Shown: piece by piece, positions 18,057 to 27,140 of the stretch
Numbering within the stretch: position 1 is the first letter of the stretch
Layout of the letters: each line of letters starts with the position of its first letter
Virus record (IMG/VR): IMGVR_UViG_3300030104_002535
DNA: 64,000 nucleotides
Source of the DNA: an uncultured virus (IMG/VR IMGVR_UViG_3300030104_002535)
Taxonomy: Duplodnaviria; Heunggongvirae; Uroviricota; Caudoviricetes
Direction: 5' to 3' (one strand)
Notes under the pieces: model-generated
What the model saw: only the letters and a program-made list of their open reading frames with translations
Told to the model about the DNA's origin: nothing
Databases searched by the model: none
Translations under genes and position numbers: made by a program

Positions 18057-18842
18057 TTATTGAATTTGCTGACGCATTCTAATCTGAGTAGAAAATCTGC
18101 TATCAGCAATTTCTGTGAAGGTCATTGTTCCATCTAATCTTACCCAATGATAATTGCTACCATCGTAATAAAGAAATTTCTTTCCTTGTCCTTTGATATC
18201 ATCTTGCATTGATATAAGATTATTTTTAAAGGTGTTTGAAATATTTTGAAAGCTAATTGTAAAAACCTGTTGCCCTGGATTTACATTAATCGCATATTCT
18301 ACTCCACCTAAACTTTTTTGAACTGAGGTTTCATAATCTTTAGAAGTTTGAATATTTATATCTGGCTCAACTTCAAAATCTAATTTTTTTCCTATAAGTA
18401 TTTCTGAAATATTAGTTAGTGCTTCATTAAACTCTACGCAAAAAATAGTATAACTTCCTACATCTGTATAATTTCCGCTATTATGTATGTTGCTTACAGC
18501 CCAACCACTATCAGTTGAAGCAAAGCTTTTACCACCTGCAGTTAAACTATTTACTGCATTACCTGCTCTGACGGTCATTTCATCGCCATTAGCAGTGACG
18601 CCATCAGCCCCTGCAAAATAAACGGCAATAGCATTAGCAGTTCCACCTGTTCCCAAAGTATAAGCGATAGCATCGTTCGCACTTACCCCTGATAAAGTTG
18701 TTCCTATATTCTGGTCGGAAACTCTTTCGTGGTTTGTTAATGCACTTGAATCAGCAGTAAACCCTGAGCCAAACGTTCCCTCGCTTACAGTGTTATCACT
18801 TCTATATTGGTTTATTGAATCATAAATAAAAAAACTTGCCAT
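18057..18842 (-). CDS. Putative distal tail/tail-tip protein
   Basis: Beta-rich; C-terminal half resembles Dit-like proteins; last gene of tail operon. Confidence 0.45.
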   Translation of the reverse strand: MASFFIYDSINQYRSDNTVSEGTFGSGFTADSSALTNHERVSDQNIGTTLSGVSANDAIAYTLGTGGTANAIAVYFAGADGVTANGDEMTVRAGNAVNSLTAGGKSFASTDSGWAVSNIHNSGNYTDVGSYTIFCVEFNEALTNISEILIGKKLDFEVEPDINIQTSKDYETSVQKSLGGVEYAINVNPGQQVFTISFQNISNTFKNNLISMQDDIKGQGKKFLYYDGSNYHWVRLDGTMTFTEIADSRFSTQIRMRQQIQ

Positions 18843-21170
18843 TTATACCTCTCTACATTGAACTGAAACTTTTCCTACAGTTCGTTTCAAATTTGTTATT
18901 ATAAACTTTTTACCACTCCAAGCTTCGTTAAACAATCTTGTAGGCATCGCAACGAAACTATCAAACGTATCAGAAATAGAACTAAACGGCTCTCCCAACT
19001 CACTAAATAATATTTCCCCAAAATCTAAAAAATCGCCTACTTGCAATAATCCGTATTTTTCTGGGTTTATTAGTGTAGCACTTACATTAGTTTTATATTC
19101 TCCGAATAAACTTTTTCTAAAATTTAACCAACTATTATTTCTACTTCCTGATACCTTAGCTACTTTGTCTATTAAGTGTTCTAAATTAATTTCTTGTTTT
19201 TGTCTTGAAGTGTTATCAAATACCACGCTATGTGATATGTTTTGATTATCAGAAGTAGAAGCTTCATAAGAAGTAGTTTCTAAATATCTATTTTCTACAG
19301 GGTGTCGTTTAAAATTTACAACTACATTGGTTTCTAAATCTTGCGTTGGCGTTATACTTAATTCATAATTTGATATATCGTTTTGAGATAAATCAACATT
19401 AGCGTTAGGGCTGTTAGGTATAGTAAAATACCTCAAAGAAGAAGTTCCTGTAATACCTGTTTGTTGTGCTTGCGGGTTATATTCAAAAAAGAAGCAACCC
19501 TCATATTGTAATTCGTTAAGAATTTTTTCTAATGAATCTTGTTCATAGACTTTTAATCTTGTGTTCCAATGGTGACTGCTTGAACTATCTCTTAAATCTG
19601 CTACACTTTTATACCCTGAATTAACATTGTCTGAATCATCACTTAAATCAAAGCTTAAAAACTTTTTAATTAATTCTCTATGTATTGATACAGGGTTGTT
19701 TAAATTATCGTTTGTTCCTGAGTGTCCTGTAAAAGTTCCTGTGATACAATCATTAGCTAAATACAAATTATCTTGTTCTGAACTTAATGTAGTAGATGCG
19801 ATAGGCTCGTTTGTTGTATCATTTTTATTTTCTACTTCTAAATATATATTTTTAATAACAAGGTTAAAATTATCTATTTGTCCACCCTGTTCATTTCCGC
19901 TATCTCTAAAATCAAAAGTTAAATAAAGTTTATCGGGCATAGTGTTATTATCTAATAAACTTGTTATAACTGCACCATTGACTAATGTTCCGTCTGTATC
20001 ATTAACTTGTGATGGTCCATCTCCCGTTTGAGAATTATTTTCTCCAATTAATTCTATATCCCCACTTGTGCTTGCTTTATCACTACTGACTGATGTGTTA
20101 ATATTACAAAACAAACCGCCTGCATTATCGGGAGTATCATCAAAGCTTAAAGTCATTGTTCCTTTAACATAAACTTTCAATATACTTATTTTACCTGTTT
20201 GTTCTGGAACTCTTAGAACAGCTGTTATCGCACCGCCTGCTGTATGTGAGAAAGTGCAATTATCAGTTTCAACACCGCTAAACATACCTGCTACGTTTCC
20301 TGTTTGCGTTACATTAGGGCTTTTAAAAACTTGCCCCGAAGCCCCTGCTACGCTTTCAATACTATCAGGCAATAAATTATAAACCCTTTTTAATTCTGAT
20401 GCTACGGATAAAGTATGAACATTATCAACAACAACTTCTGTTGTAGTGCTATCAGTCAAGGGAACAAAGCGATTAGCTTGCTTATCATAAAATTCTAATC
20501 TATTAGCTTGGTCGCCACCTGTCATATTTTCAGTATTAGGAACGATATAATGCAGTTGTTTACCAACCGACTTTAAAAATTTGACTGGAAATACATCACT
20601 CCCACTTGAAAAGCCCGATGGGGTGTTGGCTGTATAATCGCCATAGACTAAGGGTTGTATTTTTTGTGCGACATCTCCAGTCGTTTTATTTTGTGGTATA
20701 TCAACGTTTTGAAATGGTCTATTAGATATCACACTTAAAACTATCATATTATTTCTGTATGCGAAGTGCGATATTTTACCACTAAATATTTGTAATGCGT
20801 TATTTGCAGTGTTATCATTATCTATTTGAGATAATACGTTTACGTGCCCATTTAAAAAAGAAGTTCCTAATTGCTCTAATAATGTAGTTCCGTCAATATC
20901 AATATTTGCTAAATTTAAAGTAATATTCCCTGTTCTCGTAGTAAACGATTTTAAATCTAACGAGTAATTTACATTGGGTTTATTTAATATTGCGGGATAG
21001 TATGGTAAACTATTATATGTAGTTTCCGCAAAGCTAAATCTTAAAAAATCAGATTCAGTTGATGATGTTGTTAAAACACTTGAAGCTGTATTTTTAAATA
21101 TCTGAACTATCCAATTTTCAGTAATAGTTGGAGATAATTTTGCTTGATAGTTTGCATTAATAAAACTCAT
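18843..21170 (-). CDS. Putative tail tip/baseplate hub protein
   Basis: 775 aa, IFSG.I, PLVYGD and NP motifs typical of hub proteins; downstream of tape measure. Confidence 0.55.
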   Translation of the reverse strand: MSFINANYQAKLSPTITENWIVQIFKNTASSVLTTSSTESDFLRFSFAETTYNSLPYYPAILNKPNVNYSLDLKSFTTRTGNITLNLANIDIDGTTLLEQLGTSFLNGHVNVLSQIDNDNTANNALQIFSGKISHFAYRNNMIVLSVISNRPFQNVDIPQNKTTGDVAQKIQPLVYGDYTANTPSGFSSGSDVFPVKFLKSVGKQLHYIVPNTENMTGGDQANRLEFYDKQANRFVPLTDSTTTEVVVDNVHTLSVASELKRVYNLLPDSIESVAGASGQVFKSPNVTQTGNVAGMFSGVETDNCTFSHTAGGAITAVLRVPEQTGKISILKVYVKGTMTLSFDDTPDNAGGLFCNINTSVSSDKASTSGDIELIGENNSQTGDGPSQVNDTDGTLVNGAVITSLLDNNTMPDKLYLTFDFRDSGNEQGGQIDNFNLVIKNIYLEVENKNDTTNEPIASTTLSSEQDNLYLANDCITGTFTGHSGTNDNLNNPVSIHRELIKKFLSFDLSDDSDNVNSGYKSVADLRDSSSSHHWNTRLKVYEQDSLEKILNELQYEGCFFFEYNPQAQQTGITGTSSLRYFTIPNSPNANVDLSQNDISNYELSITPTQDLETNVVVNFKRHPVENRYLETTSYEASTSDNQNISHSVVFDNTSRQKQEINLEHLIDKVAKVSGSRNNSWLNFRKSLFGEYKTNVSATLINPEKYGLLQVGDFLDFGEILFSELGEPFSSISDTFDSFVAMPTRLFNEAWSGKKFIITNLKRTVGKVSVQCREV

Positions 21171-21424
21171 CTTTTTCTTTTTCCTCTTATTAAGTCTGCG
21201 TCTGCTTTTCTTGCACCACCTCTACCTGTTGCGAAACTTCTAACTCTTCCTGCCGCCCATTGATGTGCTGATACACCTGGTCTTGAGCCTGAACTATAAT
21301 AAGCACCCAATCCCCTTTTGTAAACTTTTCTTAAAGTAGCAGGACTAAAACCCCTGTTGGCATACTTCTTAATAACAGAAGCCATACCACTTACTCTACC
21401 TTTTTTTCTTTTTGCCACTTGCAA
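21167..21424 (-). CDS. Small basic protein (resembles DUF5824 from memory)
   Basis: LRKVYKRG.GAY...GSRPG....QW...RV.SF; K/R-rich. Confidence 0.65.
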   Translation of the reverse strand: MQVAKRKKGRVSGMASVIKKYANRGFSPATLRKVYKRGLGAYYSSGSRPGVSAHQWAAGRVRSFATGRGGARKADADLIRGKRKR

Positions 21425-21596
21425 CTCTCTTTCTGCTTATAGCGTCCATCATTTTGGGAGTAAGTTTCCCTGCTTTATAAAGCTTTCTTGTTTTTAATAT
21501 TTCTCTTTCTGATTTCTTTTTATTTTTAGAGCCTTTAAGATAAGCTTTCGGAACGCCTTTTTTATTTTTTTTAACTTTTCTAAACTTTCTTACCAT
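21396..21596 (-). CDS. Small very basic protein
   Basis: K/R-rich, GVPKAYL motif; TAATG coupling. Confidence 0.65.
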   Translation of the reverse strand: MVRKFRKVKKNKKGVPKAYLKGSKNKKKSEREILKTRKLYKAGKLTPKMMDAISRKRVASGKKKKR

Positions 21597-21982
21597 TAGT
21601 TTATCTCACGTCTAATTTTATTTAATATGTCTTCTTCGCTAAATTTCATAGAGATACCTGCTTCAAATCTTTTTACTTCTACGCCTTTTTTAAAAATAAG
21701 TATCGTAGGAACTACTTTAATTCTCCACTCTTTTTGAACTACTGCACCTATTGTTTTATTTTCTAAATCAAGATAAGCTACATAACAATCTTCTAATTTT
21801 TCAAGTGCTACGTTATGTTTATAGTTCCAACTTGCATTAACTTGAACTACCGCACATTCCTCATTAGTCATTAATTGTATATCTTCAAAGCTATCCAAAT
21901 TTACCTGTTGCCCAAAGGCATATGAGAATAATAAAGAAAACATAAAAAATAATTTTATAGCTATATAATATATATTCATCAT
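21596..21982 (-). CDS. Exported thioredoxin-fold-like protein lacking CxxC
   Basis: Signal-like N-terminus; VVQVNASWN, IKVVPTILIFKKG.EV.RF; homologous to 39359-39742. Confidence 0.65.
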   Translation of the reverse strand: MMNIYYIAIKLFFMFSLLFSYAFGQQVNLDSFEDIQLMTNEECAVVQVNASWNYKHNVALEKLEDCYVAYLDLENKTIGAVVQKEWRIKVVPTILIFKKGVEVKRFEAGISMKFSEEDILNKIRREIN

Positions 21983-21988
21983 AATTCC

Positions 21989-22255
21989 TCATTTTTCAAG
22001 TAATATTCGTTCAATATTTTTGACGTCGCCTTTAATTTCCTCTACATCATCTTGAGTTTCCATAATAGTTTCTCTTACCATTTGGTCTTTCAAGTCATAT
22101 TCGGTACGGCTAACTTCCGCAACAGGCAATTCTTTAGCTTCTGCTATTTCTCCCAATAAAGTAAAATAAACCCCTATAACCATTGCTATGCTTACAACAA
22201 CTGATATAAGAGTTTCAATCTTTAGAGTAAGTTTTGTGTCTTTACCTAATTCCAT
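21989..22255 (-). CDS. Single-TM coiled-coil protein
   Basis: TM helix then EVSR.EYDLKDQM.R; homologous to 39755-40051. Confidence 0.7.
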   Translation of the reverse strand: MELGKDTKLTLKIETLISVVVSIAMVIGVYFTLLGEIAEAKELPVAEVSRTEYDLKDQMVRETIMETQDDVEEIKGDVKNIERILLEK

Positions 22256-22265
22256 TGTTTTCTCC

Positions 22266-24134
22266 TTATAGTCCTAATTTTTCTGCCCTTTTGATAGCAG
22301 GAATAATCGTTTCAACGACTGTTTCATCTACCAATGGTGCAGATATGTTAATATTAATTGTTCTTGCAGATGGATTGTTTGGCGATGGTAAAGGCGTAAA
22401 ATCTACTCTTTCCATACCGCTTGCATTATCCCCTGCTATTACACCGCTTCCTATTGGTAAAGTAGTTCTACCTCTTGTAATAATACTTCCACCTGTTTGA
22501 AACGATAATAATTTATCTGTTAATTTTCCTATCATAGCACCTGCACCCGCCGCAACAATTAAATTTGCAGGAAACGGAACAGAAGTCATAATACTTGATA
22601 TTAAACCCGCTTGTGCTTCTGCTATTTCTGCTTTTACAACTGAGATTGCGGCATCTTTCGCAGATTGCCCAGATAAAATAGCTGATTGTAAATTTTCCTC
22701 TATCCTATCTTTATGTGCTTTCTTTTCTGCATCTCTACGTTTTTTAGTTTCAGCTTTTACTAATTCTGTCTTTCTTTTTTCAGAAATATCCATAGCATTG
22801 ACTATTGCTTCAAAGTCATCTAAGCTTAATGCAGATATTTTTTCTTCTTCTTGTATTTTTTTTCTGTTTTCAGAAGCTTGTTTTAAAATTTCAGTTTTAA
22901 TTTCTTCTTCCGTCATTACTTTTTCTACATCGTCATCTCCAGGCTTTTTCAACTCGGCAATTTCTACTTCTAAACCTTTTCTTTCTTTTAGTAATAGTAG
23001 TATTGCATTGTCTGCAAATATTTCATCTTGTTTGCCTTTAATAAATTCTCTGTTGAAAAGAATTGTGTCTTCAAGTAATTGCTTTTTTGTTACTGAGCCT
23101 TTATTAGTTAAAACTAACGCATTGGCTTCTTCTTCTGTAAGATTAGCTATTTTTAATTGAATATCAGCGTTAGCTGAAGCTTTATCAACTATTTGTTGCT
23201 GTAAATTACCAATATTATTTAACACTGATTCAGATGTTTTACCACCTAATTGTTCATCAATGCTCATAATTCTAATTTCATTAGACTTAATAGCAAGTTC
23301 TGTAAATTCTCCACCTAATTCTTTTACTAATCTCAATGTGGTTTCTAATTCAGTTTCTCCCAACCTTTTAAATTGTTCTGCCAAAGCGTCCGTAGATGTT
23401 TTTAAAACACTTATAACTCTTTTTATTGTTGGGGCAAGTAAATCACCAATGCTTGCTTGAAGTTGTGATAAACTATCTTGAAAGTTTGAAACTAAACCTG
23501 AAAAAGTTTGTGCTAATAAATCAGTCGCACCTGCAATATTTCCCTCGGGGTCTGTTAAAGTATCCTCTAATGCTTGCCTAAATTCAGGCAATGTTAATTT
23601 AGATAAATCATCAAACCCTGATTTCAATCTTACTTGTGTTAATACACCTCTATCACGTAAAACATCGGCTGCACCTGCACCACCTGCAAAGGCTCTACCA
23701 AATGCGTTTGCGGCATCAACAATATCTGTTCCCATAAATGCGGCGAGGTCTGCAACTGATTTTAAAGTTTTTTCTGAATCAGCACCAAAAGCTTCTAATT
23801 GAGCCCCTGCTTCTACCACGTTTTGAAGTTGGAATGGTGTTGTTTTTGCTATTTTGTTAAAAGATTCAAAAGCTTCTCTACCACCTGCAACACTACCTTT
23901 TAAGGCAACTAATCTTGTTCTAAGTCTTTCAAACTCCGCTGATGTTTGAACGGAAGACTTTACAACTGCCCCCAATGCTGCAGCACCTGCGAATAGAGCT
24001 ACGCCCTTAACTAAACCCTTAAAACCGACTAAAAGCTTATTAGTTTGCTTTTCCGTTCTATTTAATTTAGATATTGCGTCCTTAACTTCTGTTTGAACTA
24101 ACAATCTTATTTTTTTATCAGCCATTTTTCTCAC
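22266..24134 (-). CDS. Tape measure protein
   Basis: A.TPFQL..V, LKSVADLAA, TFSGLVSNFQD tape-measure motifs; follows the chaperone pair. Confidence 0.85.
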   Translation of the reverse strand: MRKMADKKIRLLVQTEVKDAISKLNRTEKQTNKLLVGFKGLVKGVALFAGAAALGAVVKSSVQTSAEFERLRTRLVALKGSVAGGREAFESFNKIAKTTPFQLQNVVEAGAQLEAFGADSEKTLKSVADLAAFMGTDIVDAANAFGRAFAGGAGAADVLRDRGVLTQVRLKSGFDDLSKLTLPEFRQALEDTLTDPEGNIAGATDLLAQTFSGLVSNFQDSLSQLQASIGDLLAPTIKRVISVLKTSTDALAEQFKRLGETELETTLRLVKELGGEFTELAIKSNEIRIMSIDEQLGGKTSESVLNNIGNLQQQIVDKASANADIQLKIANLTEEEANALVLTNKGSVTKKQLLEDTILFNREFIKGKQDEIFADNAILLLLKERKGLEVEIAELKKPGDDDVEKVMTEEEIKTEILKQASENRKKIQEEEKISALSLDDFEAIVNAMDISEKRKTELVKAETKKRRDAEKKAHKDRIEENLQSAILSGQSAKDAAISVVKAEIAEAQAGLISSIMTSVPFPANLIVAAGAGAMIGKLTDKLLSFQTGGSIITRGRTTLPIGSGVIAGDNASGMERVDFTPLPSPNNPSARTININISAPLVDETVVETIIPAIKRAEKLGL

Positions 24135-24501
24135 TCATATAGTTTTTAATTTGATTAATTTCATTTTTGATAACACCCATAATCTCTAATTTAAAAGCGT
24201 CTGTGCTATCTAAATCTCTACCCAAAGGAATATTAAATTCAGTAATGTAATTAAATTCACGCATATAAGTATTATAATCTGAATCTAAAATCCATTTAGG
24301 ATTCATAAATAAAGGCAAATGAAAATAAAGATTCCTACCTAATGAAAATTTATTATCACTCCATTTATCAACAAGTTCATATATTTCTTCCCATACTTGC
24401 TCAATATTATGATATGTTGTAGTTGTTTTAGTTAAAGGGCTTTGTCGTTTGTATGGAAACTCTAATGCTATGTGCGGATATCCCAACTGAGAAAACCACA
24501 C
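24118..24501 (-). CDS. Tail assembly chaperone, -1 frameshift extension
   Basis: Open in the -1 frame from the A8 run of the upstream gene; weak GTG start. Confidence 0.7.
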   Translation of the reverse strand: MWFSQLGYPHIALEFPYKRQSPLTKTTTTYHNIEQVWEEIYELVDKWSDNKFSLGRNLYFHLPLFMNPKWILDSDYNTYMREFNYITEFNIPLGRDLDSTDAFKLEIMGVIKNEINQIKNYMSEKNG

Positions 24502-24515
24502 ATAGCTACAAAGTC

Positions 24516-24776
24516 CTATGAGTCTTTTTTTTCAAGCCCCATATAATCTGTGAAAACTTGTTGTAATAACAAGTCTATTTTGCCCATTGTCAAAGATTTC
24601 ATATCTTTTTCAGTAAGCCCTGATAATTCTTCAACACGATTAATTAATTTAAAATAGTCGTCTTGACTTATATTATCATCTCTAAAAGCGTTTAAGCTTA
24701 ATTGCCACAACTCTCTTTTTTCTTTATAAGTTATGCTATTAACTTTCCACTTTTTATTGAACATATTCACTTCCAT
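24516..24776 (-). CDS. Tail assembly chaperone
   Basis: Between tail tube and tape measure; ends GAA AAA AAA GAC TCA TAG. Confidence 0.7.
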   Translation of the reverse strand: MEVNMFNKKWKVNSITYKEKRELWQLSLNAFRDDNISQDDYFKLINRVEELSGLTEKDMKSLTMGKIDLLLQQVFTDYMGLEKKDS

Positions 24777-24793
24777 ATTAACTCCTGTTTATT

Positions 24794-25885
24794 TTACCAA
24801 CTTGATACGTCTTGCCCGTCAACAACTTTAAATTCAAACGCAGTGCCGTCTATCGCACCTGTTGAATTATGTGTAGGTTGCACAACTTTAAATGGTATAG
24901 TCATAATAGCACCCGTATCTGCATTTAAATCATAATTAACTGCAGTAGAGTATATTTCTGCTACGATTGACATTTCGCCTGCGGCATCAACAGTTCCGTC
25001 GCTTGTTTGCTTTAATGTTAAAGTTGCAGTATTTCCTGCTAAAAAGTCAGATATAACATTATTCGCACCATCATTGAAGTTGTCATCATACATAAAAGAT
25101 AACTCTCCTGTAATGTTTACGCTTGGGATACCAAATGCATAGTTTTCTGCATCGCCATCAGCGGCACGTCCAACTCTTGCAAGATTATTTTCAATAGTAA
25201 AAGACACTCCTGTCATTACTAAATTAGTTGCACTTCCATTAACGTCTAATTGCTTTGTATCAAAATATGATTCAATTTGTGTTGGAGTTCCTGAGTGAAG
25301 TGCAGGCTCTGAGCCTACAGTTTGCCCTACTAAAAACCCTGTTGAACTTGCGAAACCTGAATAAAAGCTTCCGCTTAAAAGCAGTCTTCCGTCAGACATA
25401 TCAAAGTTCATTGTCAAATTTTGTAATACAGCATTTGACATAAGTTTATCTTCTCCACTTCCTGCTCCATATAAAGCAATATCAAACAAAAAAGCAGATG
25501 ATGCATCAAAGTCTGGGCGACTTAATAATGCTCCACTTTTAGCTTGTGTTGTGTGAACTAAATTACTTCCACTTCCGCTTTGCGTGTGGTCTTGTAAAAC
25601 GTTTGTTACTAATCGTTGCGTGAAACCTAATTCAGCAGGAACTTCAAAATCAAGTGTAACAAATCCGCCTTTCCTACTTCTAAATTGGTCCCTATCGAGT
25701 TCAATCATACCTGCATTATTGCTTCGTATCTCCCCTGATTCAATTAAATTGAGGACTGGAGATGATACATTTATTACAGGAAGCAATTTATATGTTCCGC
25801 TTGTTACAGCCATTGTGCCGAATGCACTACCAGTCTTATGTTTTAAGCCGATAGAATATTCGCTTTTTCCATATACCTTAGCCAT
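24794..25885 (-). CDS. Major tail tube protein
   Basis: 363 aa G/S/T-rich; F.IENNL, ITGELSF motifs; synteny. Confidence 0.7.
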   Translation of the reverse strand: MAKVYGKSEYSIGLKHKTGSAFGTMAVTSGTYKLLPVINVSSPVLNLIESGEIRSNNAGMIELDRDQFRSRKGGFVTLDFEVPAELGFTQRLVTNVLQDHTQSGSGSNLVHTTQAKSGALLSRPDFDASSAFLFDIALYGAGSGEDKLMSNAVLQNLTMNFDMSDGRLLLSGSFYSGFASSTGFLVGQTVGSEPALHSGTPTQIESYFDTKQLDVNGSATNLVMTGVSFTIENNLARVGRAADGDAENYAFGIPSVNITGELSFMYDDNFNDGANNVISDFLAGNTATLTLKQTSDGTVDAAGEMSIVAEIYSTAVNYDLNADTGAIMTIPFKVVQPTHNSTGAIDGTAFEFKVVDGQDVSSW

Positions 25886-25886
25886 T

Positions 25887-26099
25887 TTATTTCTCCTCTT
25901 TCATCTTTTTTTTATTTTCAGTAGATAGTTTTACGCCTAAATCTTTAAGCACTACTACTTTTTTTTCATTTAATGCAACTTCTTTACCTTGAATTAAGTT
26001 ATCATATTCTGTTGATGATAAACCTGTGTGCTTCAAAGAAAGATGTCGCAAACCTTTTTTTAATTTTACTTTCATTATACTACCTCGTTTACATTGCAT
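25887..26099 (-). CDS. Small hypothetical protein
   Basis: Between tail terminator and tube genes. Confidence 0.5.
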   Translation of the reverse strand: MQCKRGSIMKVKLKKGLRHLSLKHTGLSSTEYDNLIQGKEVALNEKKVVVLKDLGVKLSTENKKKMKEEK

Positions 26100-26512
26100 T
26101 CAAAAGTTAAAACAAACCTTTTGACTTGTTCTTCTTCTTCATCTCTTTCAAAAATTATATCCATTACTTTGCCATTATACCATTGCGACTGATTTGATTC
26201 TACTAAATCACGATTATTGAAAAAAATTCTTTTTAATTGTTCAGACCTGTTTGTAAGTCTATTAATAGCCCCATCTCTTGTCATTTCTCCACCGCTTCTA
26301 ATCTGATAACTAATTTCGCAAGTAAAAGTTCTGATATGTGCGTTGCTTGCAAACTCTAAAAAAGAATCAGAAGTTGGCTCTAATAAAAAACTTTCTTGTC
26401 CTTTATGTTCATCAAAAAAAAGCGGAACGCTTGGAATAGTTTCTTTAATTAGCTTTTGTATGTTATCAATAACTTGCGTTTTGAAAACATTTGTAAATTC
26501 AACTTGCGTCAT
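26075..26512 (-). CDS. Putative tail terminator/completion protein
   Basis: 145 aa upstream of tail tube; synteny only. Confidence 0.5.
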   Translation of the reverse strand: MTQVEFTNVFKTQVIDNIQKLIKETIPSVPLFFDEHKGQESFLLEPTSDSFLEFASNAHIRTFTCEISYQIRSGGEMTRDGAINRLTNRSEQLKRIFFNNRDLVESNQSQWYNGKVMDIIFERDEEEEQVKRFVLTFECNVNEVV

Positions 26513-26643
26513 TATCCTTGCCCTCTTTTCTTTTTCTTATAATATTTTTTACTAATTTTAGTGCCATATTTAGTTCGCTTGCTTTGTCCTTGTCTTGTTT
26601 TCTTTTTACCATTAGTTCGGTAAAAATTAACACTTTTTTTCAT
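26512..26643 (-). CDS. Basic microprotein, 43 aa (not in ORF track)
   Basis: MKKSVNFYRTNGKKKTRQGQSKRTKYGTKISKKYYKKKKRGQG; homolog at 42090-42236; overlaps both neighbours. Confidence 0.8.
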   Translation of the reverse strand: MKKSVNFYRTNGKKKTRQGQSKRTKYGTKISKKYYKKKKRGQG

Positions 26644-26963
26644 AACACTCTTTTTTGTCTTTTCGGCGGTCTTTTACTTCTACCCCCTGGACCACTCCAT
26701 AAAAACTTATCAGCCCAATATGCAGGACTGCTTGGACCTCTTGCAATATTTCTTTTATGCCTTGCTTTAAAAGATTTTCTTGCGGTAGCACTATAATTAT
26801 GCCCCATACCTTGAGCCCCAAACCTTATAAGCTTTAATTTATGTTTGCCAACCTTAGCTAAAACTAACGCTTTTTTCTTAGGGTGTTTGGGCGTCATCTT
26901 TGGACGATTGACCGCCCTTAACCCGTGTTTCTTCAAAAGTGCTTTTTGCCTTTTTAAATGCAT
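26640..26963 (-). CDS. Basic protein (resembles DUF5754 from memory)
   Basis: KLIRFGAQG...RKSFKARH...SPAYWA...LW. Confidence 0.7.
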   Translation of the reverse strand: MHLKRQKALLKKHGLRAVNRPKMTPKHPKKKALVLAKVGKHKLKLIRFGAQGMGHNYSATARKSFKARHKRNIARGPSSPAYWADKFLWSGPGGRSKRPPKRQKRVL

Positions 26964-27073
26964 TATTTTTTAGCTCTTTTTTTACGTTTTTTATGAGCAG
27001 AGTTCTTCATTAATCTGCCGTCTGGCATATAATGGTATCCTCTTGGTGCTTTTTTACGTTTTTTCTTAGGCAT
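26963..27073 (-). CDS. Basic microprotein, 36 aa (not in ORF track)
   Basis: MPKKKRKKAPRGYHYMPDGRLMKNSAHKKRKKRAKK; TAATG coupling on both sides. Confidence 0.75.
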   Translation of the reverse strand: MPKKKRKKAPRGYHYMPDGRLMKNSAHKKRKKRAKK

Positions 27074-27138
27074 TATTTCTTCTTACCTTTTTTCATTTTC
27101 TTTTTTTTCTTTTTACCTTTTCCATAATGACTTGGCAT
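27073..27138 (-). CDS. Poly-Lys micropeptide, 21 aa (not in ORF track)
   Basis: MPSHYGKGKKKKKKMKKGKKK; AAGGAG RBS; TAATG coupling. Confidence 0.7.
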   Translation of the reverse strand: MPSHYGKGKKKKKKMKKGKKK

Positions 27139-27140
27139 AT

